Assembly (NCBI GenBank): GCA_046563655.1
Contig: CM102290.1
Span: forward strand, 13,392,001-13,456,000
Length of the DNA: 64,000 nucleotides
Source: Yuukianura sp. NJ FZ-2021
Lineage: Eukaryota
Reading direction: 5' to 3'
Position 1 is the stretch's first letter; the number at the start of each line of letters is the position of its first letter. The position numbers and the translations under genes are program-made. The notes under the pieces are model-generated. The model made no database searches. It was given only the letters and a program-made list of their open reading frames with translations, and was not told where the DNA came from. This document shows positions 46,421 through 57,300 of this stretch, in pieces.

Positions 46421-47736
46421 ACTTAACATTAATTCTGGATTTTAGTCGGAACTGTCTCCACCGCGTCAATTTCCGCTTTTTCTAAAATTTCATGTCTAAT
46501 TTTAATGTCTAATTTTCTGGAATCCAAATACTATTTTTGAGTAACAAAGTACTGTATGTTTCCTTTCAATTTTGTATTCAAGTTTAACATTCCAAGGACA
46601 GACTAAAGTGATCTCTGGATGACTTCAGATCTGATCCAGGATCAAGGGAGACTAAAAGTGTTTAGACAACGTATTGCAAGGAGTTTGACCTTGAACACAA
46701 ACATTAGGAATCTTTGCTTAGCCTAACTTCCAGTTGATTTCTGATGCAGGAAGAAGTTAAGGCCAAAAAGCTAAGGCTTAATGCAGGATAAAAAGGGAGA
46801 AAATTGTATAGATAATTTTTTAGTGTGCCAGTGTTATATTTAATATTCAAAAACTTATCTCCTTCATCACTCCCTGTCACTATATACACAGGCTCGGGAG
46901 TAAAAGCGGCACTTTCTCTTTTCCAAAACTTCAAAGGAAAAAGTTTCATCTCATGCCAAAATTGTCGAGCAAACTCCTTGGATCTTTTGCTTACAAAAAC
47001 GACCTACCGGACAATTATCTAATTAAACTTACATTAAGTTTAATTAATTCTAATGAAACTTAATGTACATCTTTTAGTTCCAATTTTAAACTAAACAGAC
47101 ATGTGCTTTTTTTTAATTTTTATGAACATGTTTGGTCTTTTTTTGTTGCTGCAAAATGCAAAAACAGTTCCATAACTTCTCGATTTCCAGTTAGAGGAGC
47201 ATCGGAGCTCAAATGTTAATTAAAATTTGATTAAGCCGCAAATGGTTCTCAAATTTGAAATTTAACGCACTGATTCGCGAGTTAGCCTGCGTTGTGCAAA
47301 ATTTCAAACGTAAAGAATCCACCCGTTCGGGTTTTTCGTGATTACGTAGTTGTAAATTCTCAATTCTCAGTCGTTTCCATGTCTACAAAACATTCTTTGG
47401 CATTATTTTTATTGACCTCCTGTCTCTCCTTAAGTTTTAGCTGCGTACTAGAATACTGGAAATGCTGAAAAGTTTGAGCAAGCAATTTTGAAAAAAAAAA
47501 ACTAAAACTTTCAGCACGTCCATACACACACTTCTTGAAATTAGTGAATTTCATTAATTTCCGCTCACTTACCAAAAACAGCTCCTCATAACCATTAAAT
47601 TAAAATTTAATTAAACACATTAGATCCAGAATGGAGTTCAAACTCAACAAGTTTTTCGCTGAATTGGTCAATTCAGGCATGATTTTCCAAAGTGATAGCT
47701 GGTTGTCAAAAATTTTGTCACCAACATACTAACAAT

Positions 47737-47985
47737 CAAGGTTCCTTGACAACCGAAATACAACAAATTGTATTCCCTACAACAGGTTGTCCAATAACTC
47801 GGCGTTTGCAAAAAAAATCTTCCTGCAACCAATTTTTTCCCTCAATTTCTATTAAATTACCCACAAATCATTACCATAAAAAAGCACGGCGGAGTAAGTT
47901 TTGGAAACTATATGAAAAAATTAAAAACGTCGAGTTATTGGACAATCTGGTGTAGAATAACCAATTTGTTTGTTTACCAACCTTG
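47737..47985. mobile_element. CAAGG-ended MITE with perfect 8-bp TSD
   Basis: CTAACAAT|CAAGGTT...AACCTTG|CTAACAAT; subterminal CAGGTTGTCCAATAACTC inverted pair. Confidence 0.85.
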
Positions 47986-49079
47986 CTAACAATAGCACAA
48001 TGACTTAAACTGAACTTACACTTGTAGTGTCACCATTGTAACATAGGAAGTGAAAGTTGTCGAGCAGTGACACGGTGACTGTTGCACCGTGCGCACACAA
48101 ATGTCATTCTTGGAATTCCTCACTGATCTTACAGATAGGTTGACACAGAGCCTCCATTGAGTCAAATGTCTTTCATTATTGACTTTTGTACGGTGTGGGC
48201 GGGTGCGAAACTGTTTTTTTCTGGAAGAGTTCTGGAGGTTCTGGAGAAGTGCTCACCTACTGCTTAGTTCTTTCGACGTGCAGATTTGTGCGACTAGGTT
48301 GTTCCTAGGCCTGAACTGAACTGAAGCGAGGAGTTGGAGAGCTCACCTCTTGTCGCTTCCTGGACAAGCTGGTGGTGGTGACTGACTGGAGCTTGTGTTA
48401 TAAACTTGAGATGGGGAGTTCGTGGGTTGAGCTGTTTGGAGTACACCTTGGAGCAGCAGTGGGAAAAACGCTTGAGAGCTGGAAGTAGTAAGAGGTTGAG
48501 TCGCTGGAGAGGTGGTGGTGATTCCTTTTGTTAGTTTTTCAAAACCTATAAACCGCAAACAGGAAAAAATTGGGAAACTAATCACGTTGAGCGTTGGCTG
48601 TCTCCATAAAAGTTTAGTATGGCATCACCCCAGTACATTGAAAACATAATATTTTCCAGCCATTTTTATACTTCTACAACGGAATTGTTGTGTGTCTCAT
48701 TTTTTGTTAAAAAGAAAAGAAAGTTAGTATGCAAAAGAAACTCCTATGTGTAGTTGGAGCCAGGGTTACTGGATGCTTATAAGTGTCCAGTGGCTTAATT
48801 GCCTCTTCCACTGGAAGAAATGTGGCGCTACTGGACGAAACGTCTTCGAGTGGATGGAAAGACAATTCACTATGGAGGAAAATTTACTGCGAAAGTCACA
48901 AGAATTTTCAAAATTTTCAAAATTAAACCAAAACCATTTTCTTCCGTGGTTTTGTTGTGAAAAATTACTTGAAAATGACGTTTTGTCTGAGTCTGTATTT
49001 TTATTTCATTTTTTTTGTTATAATTCAAAACGCGTAGGAAAGCTCCGCCCCTCTGGATTGATCAATTTCTACCAGTGAA

Positions 49080-49254
49080 CATCCAACCACGGATGAAATG
49101 CCGAAAAGGGAGATTCCAGCCGTATTTGAAATGTCGAAAAAGTGGATGTAAAGCCGTGGATGAAATGTCGAAAAGTGGATACCCAGCCGTGGATGAAATG
49201 TCGAAAAGTGGATACCCAGCCGTGGATAAAATGTCGAAAAGTGGTTACTCAGCA
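49080..49254 (+). repeat. 33-bp tandem repeat (~5 units)
   Basis: Unit CCCAGCCGTGGATGAAATGTCGAAAAGTGGATA, head-to-tail with no spacers. Confidence 0.85.
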
Positions 49255-50494
49255 ACACTGGTTGGAGCCTTAGCCTTAAGCTGTCGATACAATGAGGAGA
49301 GGAAGGAGAGGACTTGTTGCATAACGGAAATGAGCCCATGACTGCCAAAAAATGGCGTTTTATGTGAATAAAAAGATGGTTGGTGAGATTTTGAGCCGCC
49401 AACGGAAACGTTCCACTGGAGAAGCTTTGGTTGTGGAGTCTCAAGGCAGAGGAAAATTGGGTCCTTGGGGGGTTCGGGGAAACTGTCGTTGCCTCTTAGA
49501 AGACTTTCCCTTGAGTAGACTTTTTACAAGTTTAGTATTCTCGTCTTCCCACACAGTAGCTCATCTCATACTTTTTTTAAACAGCGTTCGAATTTGGAAC
49601 TGGAAGCTACAAAGCCGCTTTCCTCGTGGACTAAAGGAAGAGGAGGCTATTTGGAACTTGGTTCAATGGAAATGTGCAACAGGCTGCAAGGTCTTTATCC
49701 CAATATGTTTCCTTTGGCCAAGAGAAAGCATAGAATGAATTGCATGCTGGTTTTCATTGTTCAGCTTAATAAAAGTTCATGACCTTGCAACAAGCTTGTT
49801 TGCTAAGTCCGCCAGCATCTTTTACTCGACACTCCAACTTGAAACTTCAAAAACCAAAAGTTAATAAAAGGATTAATTGTGTGAAAATTGGTGTTTAGGT
49901 GGATTTATAGTTACAAAGTTTAGGATTTGATGAAAATTTGGTGAAAAAGTAAAGCCATTGGATACTTTGCCTGTAACAGGATCCACCTCGGACGACGCAG
50001 TTGCTCATGTTTTACAACTTTACTTTCACCGGAACTTTCTCCAAGCTTCTGTTTCTTTTTCCAAGAGTTTTATAGACTAAAGGCGGTTTGACGTAAAAAT
50101 GCATAAAGGCTTTGAGCTCCTTGAAGTTTTTTAGTCTGGGAGAGATTCTGGGAAAGAAAACGGATGTTTCTTCATCCTGGAACTTGTGGAGCAAAATTTC
50201 ATTGGAAGATGACTGGAAGCTGGTGGTTGGTTCGGGAGCTTATTAAAGAGAACAATGTTGGAACATTTTGACACACATGCTCCTACTATTCCATAAAATG
50301 AAGGAAAAAAATGAAACAGTATATTACCAGGCTCAAAGCGGAAAATGTGGGACACATCCGCTTCGCCCGCATAAAACGTCGAATTACTCCGACTTTTACT
50401 CCGAGTACAACTTTTAGTTGGAAACATAAATCAATTCTTCTAGGTTCCAACTCACATGGCTTGAGAAGCAAAGAATGACAGTGCAGAAAAATAA

Positions 50495-50565
50495 CGAACC
50501 GAGTGGGAGTCGAACCCACATCTCTTTAATCTGGGAAGACCTCTAACCATTGAGCTATCAGACTC
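50495..50565 (-). pseudogene. tRNA-like relic (pseudo-tRNA or tRNA-derived SINE head)
   Basis: Minus strand GAGTCTGATAGCTCAATGGTTAGAG...GTGGGTTCGACTCCCACTCGGTTCG: A box, B box and T-arm are intact; the anticodon arm and acceptor stem are degenerate. Confidence 0.6.
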
Positions 50566-50643
50566 TAATCACCCAGGATAGTATCTGAAGGCTACCATAC
50601 CAGGCATTTGTCCTTCCATACATCTCCATCCTTGGCGGTTGGC

Positions 50644-50958
50644 CAAGGTTTGTAAACAAAGAAAATGTTTTTTTTTACACTAGGTTGTCCAATCACTCCA
50701 GTTTTTCTATTTTTTACCAAAATTTTCAAAAACCAAATGGGTTAAACTTCGCCTTCATTTCTATGACAATTTTTGAATTCTTTTATTTTATTCCTATGCG
50801 ATTTCAAGTGTTCAAAGTTTGAAAAAAAATGGAGGAAATGTATAAACAAAATTGGTGCTAAATTGGTGCTAAAAGTTGCTTGAAACAAGATTTTTGAAAA
50901 CCCTGAGTTATTGGACAACCTGTTGTAGGGAATACAATTCCGTTGTCAAAGAACCTTG
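50644..50958. mobile_element. CAAGG-ended MITE with 9-bp direct flanks
   Basis: GCGGTTGGC|CAAGGTT...AACCTTG|GCGGTTGGC; same subterminal motif as 47737-47985. Confidence 0.8.
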
Positions 50959-51587
50959 GCGGTTGGCAGTCTAACTGCTCCCAAACGCCACAATTCTAAC
51001 AAAATACGCAGTGCAAGTATTCTTGCTGTCCAAATTTGAAAATTTGATGCCAAATCGTGACAAATAGTTTCCAAAAGCAAAAACAATTTTTTTTTGACAT
51101 TTGGACTTATTTCCAACCACATTTAAATTTTTGGTGTGACTCATACCCCGCATGCTCTAAAGTGTAAACCACCGTCCTCGCCACCACCATCACAACGCTT
51201 CTAATTTTGTCTGAGGCTTTGTGTGAAACTAACTTAACAAAAACTAACCTAATCCTAAACCCTAGCTTGCCAAATAGTAAGAGGATCCAGGACATTGCTC
51301 AGTGTCGTTGTTCATTAATACTTGCTCCTGAAGAGTTTTAAAACATTTCGTAGCTAGAATTAAACAAAAGTGAGTAGGAACAAATGGCGGATGGAATTGA
51401 TCCAGGAAGAAAAAGAGAAAGTAGCGGGAAATAGAGATGCTGCGACCAAGTTTCGGTTTGGACTGGATTTGGAGTGCTTTCTCCATGCTTGTTCCTTTGT
51501 TACTTTTCAAGTCCAATCTCCCACAAGAACAGAATAAATACATTTTCAATTTTCTATTCTTTGTTGAAAAACTAACATGCCCAACTA

Positions 51588-51787
51588 CAGTCAAACCTCT
51601 CATGGCGGAACGCTTTGTGATAGGTTGGTTTGAATAAAAGTTTTTGCGGTACCATACGTTTCAAATTCTAATACTCCTAAGACAATAGACAAAACAAAAG
51701 CGCTGTTTCCTTTACAAGTTACTGAAATTCTTCCAAAAATTTAAGTTTACGGCCGAGCTAGAAGTTGCAAAAAGAGAAGTTCGACTG
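51588..51787. mobile_element. Tc1/mariner-like MITE (degenerate)
   Basis: TA|CAGTCAAACCTCTC ... GAGAAGTTCGACTG|TA. Confidence 0.6.
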
Positions 51788-53448
51788 TATTACCCAAGCC
51801 CCAGTTTTAGTTTCAATTCCATTCCACGAACACTTTCTTGTTAACCAATTATTCACTCCTACTTTCCAGTCACAAGTTGCACGACGTTTGACTTTCATGA
51901 CTGAGACGCTCATGAAATAAAGAGACACAATCCAATTTAGTTCGTCTTCCAATTTCCTTATTTAATCAGCCATAGACGATCTCCTTCTCAGAATGTCAGC
52001 AAAAACTATAAGAAAAAAGAATTCTAGAACTAGGATGCTACGCCTGCTTGCTGGGGCTTCGCCCCAAACTGGTACAATCGCTCTAATTTTTTTTAGTCTA
52101 ACCATCACTTTTTTTTTTCAAAATTAATACTATTTCAATTCAAAAACACTCAGATTAAACTTATGGACTAACGTTAATAAAGTTAGGTGTGGCGGTGTTT
52201 AAAAATAATAATATTTTGGAAATTGTCAATTTCTCGCGAGAGGAAGTTACACTCTAGATAATGTTAGCCCAAAACTATGCATTAGAAGTAAAAAAAATTG
52301 AGGGTAAAAAAAATCAACTAGTACTAACTATGCAATTCCGGAATTACCTCAAACTTGCAACTTCTTTATTAGTAGAGAATAGAAGTTTTAAAAGTTTTTT
52401 TTTTACATCAATTTTGAAATTTCGACAACTTTACCGAATTCTACGTGACTGCAGTAAAATCGTCAACAATTCAATACCTACGTAGTGTGTTATTGTGTTG
52501 TAACTCATTCCAGTAACCCCAGATGACCTCTGCCACCACTTTGCCAATTTTATTTTTAGTTACCTGCCAGCATCCGGCAGCGACGAAGGAGGATGCGTTT
52601 CAATTCCTTAAAGCAAAATGTACTTTGTCGCTTCCTAATTTCTTAAGGGCTTCCGCCGACTTGTTGTATACGATGCAAATGTCAACAAAACTGAAAAAAA
52701 AAGAAGCCAAACGAAGTTTGTCAACAGCAAGAGAAACCAAAATGCTACTTATGTAAGTCGAAAATTGGCTAGAAAAAGAAAACGTCTTGTAAAAAAAAAG
52801 AATTCAATTTTGACAAAACCAACGTCTTTATATACATATAAGTAAATTGACTACATTTGGTTGTGGCTTAGACAATTTTGTAATTTGTAGAATGATTTAT
52901 ATCGTACTTAAATTTCTAAAATCGGACTCTTGTTACTGTTGTGACTTTTTTCTTTGAACAATTTTTTTTTCAGAAATCACTAGTATTATTAGTATAGTAT
53001 ACAAAAAACAGAACGTAGAGGATTTGTTGGCCAAAAAAGTCACAAACAATAACTGAAAAGTCCGATTTTTGACTACGTCTTTCTTTTGTTTCTGAAGAAA
53101 GTGAACATGGAGATTTGATTTTGATTTTTACGCAGGTCGATCCTATGTAACTACATCTAATGTAACAACATGAGCTTGTTCAAATTCAGCCCAAAAACTA
53201 CTACATTCACGATTATCTTTGCCCAATTCTCCTGTGTAAATTTGTATAACAATCGAAGGAAGCATTCAATGCGTATCAGTTTGGTAGTTATAGCGAAACA
53301 GACGCCTAATACGTTCTTCCATTTGGTGTAACATGAAAACAGTACAATTAAGTAGTGTACATTAACATTAAGTTTAAAGTGTAACTGTTAACAGCAACAA
53401 ACAGTAGTAACAGCAACAAGGAGGTTGAAGCATCTTTAAATTTCTTAT

Positions 53449-53646
53449 TAGGGAGTTTGCGTTATAAATAAATTATAGAAATTATAGAATTATAGGTGAT
53501 GACGTCACCTTACAAACTTTATGGATTCATAGATTATAAACACGGTCTATAATTTTCATAACTGAGAACGTGACGGGTGGCGGGCCTTCCTATAAGTTCT
53601 ATAATTTTTATAATCTCTATAATTTATTTATAGCGCAACCTCCCTA
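53449..53646. mobile_element. MITE with ~50-bp TIRs (PIF/Harbinger-like ends)
   Basis: TAGGGAGTTTGCGTTATAAATAAATTATAGA / TCTATAATTTATTTATAGCGCAACCTCCCTA. Confidence 0.7.
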
Positions 53647-54350
53647 TTATTGGACAGATTAACAATTTTGTAATTTATAAATTTTTTAGTAGAACCTTTC
53701 GAATCACCTGTATACGAATTTAACAGACCCGATTTGTTTGTTTTTTGGTAAAAACAACAACTTTCTTAAATTTTTATAGCTTTTGAAGACCTAGTTATTA
53801 CGTAACTTGCGAAATAAATTCTGAACTTTAGATATTTTTGGCATGCTCACGGGCTTGACTATTTTAGAGGGATAGGAGCTCATTTGAACAAATGTAAAAC
53901 TCTGTTGACTCTGGGACTAAAAAAACACAAAGAAAATTTCAAGAGTAGGAAGAAAGTGGTGAGAGTGGCCGTTTAGAGGCTCCAAATTTAAAGTCCTCAC
54001 CCAGCTCAACTAAATTATTACTAACAATTCAATTTTTCTATTCTTTTTTCACTGTCGCTGAAAAGGAGTCTATCACAACCCTTCTACTAAAACTAAAAAG
54101 TACACTTCAAGTTATTCCTTATACCTTTTTGTCTACTTTTCATGGCGATAACTTGATTAAACACGAATCATCGGGGGAATTGAGCGCTTAATTCGATTAC
54201 TCAGAAATTTCTCTCTTCCAAACTTTTGAAGAATGAGAAGAACATTTGCGATGAGGAGGCGATAAGGATTTTGGATGGTATTCAATAGTCAGTCTCTAGT
54301 CTTCGTCATTTAAAAACTAGCTAAGTAAGCACTACAACTGTCTCATCACT

Positions 54351-57300
54351 TCACTTTCCGTCTTGCGTCTGCTGCTGAGGCTCAAGTTGGACTTGTTGTT
54401 GATTTGGAGTAATTTCTCTAGCTCGAAGTTCCAATTCTGTTTTGAAGTTCTCGATATCTTGTTGGCTGGTTAAAACAACAAGAAATTGGGGTAATGCTCT
54501 CGTGAACGACAATAAATACTGGAGATGCTGGCAGTATTTACCTGATTTGCATAAACAGAATCCCGTTGATGAGGTTGAGCATGTCCAACACTGAGCCCAT
54601 TGAGGGTGGCTGGATTTGAATAGGCGGTAGACCTTTTCCATGCGCCATGTCGTTTATCTATAACAAATATAAGGACGTTCAAAAAATTACCAAAAACGAA
54701 CAAAAAATTATCAAAAACGTTTGTATCAAACTTACTTTGCGCTGCAGTACAACTGCCTGCTGCGTGAGATGCTTCAAACAATCTGATGCTTCCAGTGTCT
54801 TTTCGTGTTTCTCTCCAAGCTGCTCTTTGTAAATGGAATAGGTTTCGCGTTCATTCATCAAAGCAGACCTGAAATCTCCTACAGAAAAGGAAATTGTCAA
54901 AATAAAAATGAACTTTCATAAATCAAAATTATTAACATTCAGAAACTGTAATGTCCAATTTTTGACGTACCAATACAACTTTGTGTCCGTGCTACGAGAT
55001 GATGGGCAACCGCAGTTTTGAGGGACCTCGAACCGAAATACTTTTTATTCAAGTCAAGTGCTTTCTCCAAGAATTTGAGTGAGAGTTCGTATTCTCCTAC
55101 AGCATGAAGAATTAGACCAATGTTGCTGTCCAACAGGGCAACGTGCGGATGATTTTCACCACAGACGAGGATACTCAAGTACCGAGCCCTGCAAAACCAA
55201 AAATTATTTCATTCATTTCTAAATTCTAGAATCATATGCTGAATAAACTTGCAGTATTCTTAAATAATAACCGAGGATGTCAAAAATATTTAGTCTCAAT
55301 GCCCGTAATGTTAATAAAAATATTTGCTTTTTTTTGTTACTAAATATTTATTTATTTGCCGATGCCCTTAAGGTTAAATAAGAAAATATAAGGGATTTTG
55401 AAAAAAATATAATTTTAAATCAATATTTCGGGGTTTTTAAGTTAATATTTTTGACAACCCTGATGATGGGTAATAAATTCGAAGAAAACAGTGCGCACAG
55501 TGTAATTTTGTTGGTAGATAATTTTTGTTTGCTCTCAAACTCGACTTTTAAAAAGAAATATTTTTTGTCAATATTTCGGAGGGATTTTGGCGCATATTTT
55601 TGACAACCCTGATAATAAACAAAAAAGTAAATTCGTACTGACCTGTACAACAGTTTGAGGGCAGTAGTGACCTGGTTATTTGCAAAACAGTAGAGGGATA
55701 GATGAGTGTACTCCAAGATTGTCATAGGATGGTCAACTCCCAGCAGTCGTTCGGCCATGAAAAGTGCTTTCTGTTGATAAGCCATTGCGTCGGCATGCTC
55801 TCCCATGACATAGTTTAGTCTGGCCAATGATCTAAGGCAGAGGGCAATGTCCGGATGCATTGCTCCATAAACGTTGTTTAGCAGATTCAATGCCTCACTC
55901 AGAAGCTCATATCCTTCCCGGAAGAATCCTGCTGACATTTTGTTCTGAGCGGTGGCCAAGAAGGTGTATGCATCCGAGGCCTACAAAAATACACTTGTCA
56001 GTATCCATGACAACTTCAGGTCAAGTCGATTCTTGTAATTTACTAAATCCCTACCTTGGGGTCGATGTGCTTCACAACCGGGAAGACGTTGAGAATATCC
56101 TCCTGAGCGAAAGTGTTTGAGGCAGACTTTCCAGAAGCCGATCCACGGTTAAACTGATACTCTTTCAGCAGAATTTGGACTCCCGTCTTAAGACAGAAGG
56201 ATCTGAGGAGTGAAATTCGTTGAATTCCGTATTCCTGAAGAACTTGGTCCAGAGACTCCTGCACTTCTTCTGGGAAACTGAAACCGTAGTATGAAGACAT
56301 ATCTTTTTTGATTTGATCCCATAAGGTAGTTGCCGTAAGTTGTGTCCATTCCGTTCCATTCGAAGATCCATTAGTATGCGAATGCTTTCCTTTGGTCTGT
56401 CGATTTTTACTTCGTGGTCCCCTGGCTGTCTTATTCGTTGAAGGAAACAACTGAAGATCAAATTTCAAAATATTAAAAGCTACTTTATGGTTTGCCCTTG
56501 TCGGTCTGTCTGTCTCACCGGCGGATCTAGTATGCTTACCTCTTCGTTCAGTGAAGGTGGCACTATCGGAGAACCAACCATGAACATGCAGTTCAGAAAA
56601 TGGCTAATGGCCACGCTTTGGTTCAAGACGTCAACATTCTAGTTGAAAAACAAGATAAACTGAGCAAATCGATACTATTTACAGAAGGAATGTGCAGATT
56701 TAGTTCTTTGTTTACCTGAATATATGGATTGAAAATGTGTTTTGCACTTCTAGAGATAAGTTCCATGACTGCAATTGTCGTCATAAAGTGCGGAAGGTTA
56801 CTTGGAGGTGTCGTAGCATGTCCGTTGGTGAGCGGAGTCTGTCCATTCTGAACTGGTAACGCAACAATTTTGCTCTCTTGCTCTGTGAGTGATTCCTTTT
56901 CAAGTAAGAGATGAACTATTCGCCCTAGATATCGAATGTTGATTCCACGCATGTGCATAGCTGCAGACAATGAAGCCCCATCCATAAGAAGTGCATTGGG
57001 TCCAAAGAACGTCGAACCACCATCCAGTGTACACGAACTACAATCAAAAACAAAAGGAATTGTTGAAACAACGAGTAATTAAATACAATTTTCACCCTAC
57101 AGTAAAACCCCTCATTGCGCAACACGAAATACACTTTTTTTTGGTTGCTGCCTAAGAGGGGGTTTACTGTATTTATAATCGAGTTCAAAATGTTACTTGT
57201 TAACGGCAATGTCACGGACGAAAGTAGGGATTTGCAGGAGCAGAAGATAGTCGCAAGCCTCTTTGTTCAGCCGGATTTGGGCTTCAACTGACGGATATTT

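Noticed and set aside
48343..48585. S/T/P-rich ORF as an N-terminal extension of Rabphilin
   Set aside because: An in-frame TAA lies two codons before the ATG at 44077; treated as a leader exon instead.
49080..49254. CRISPR-like array or repeat-protein ORFs (49075-49341, 49025-49444)
   Set aside because: Units are head-to-tail without unique spacers, there are no cas genes and the context is eukaryotic. The ORFs arise because 33 is divisible by 3.
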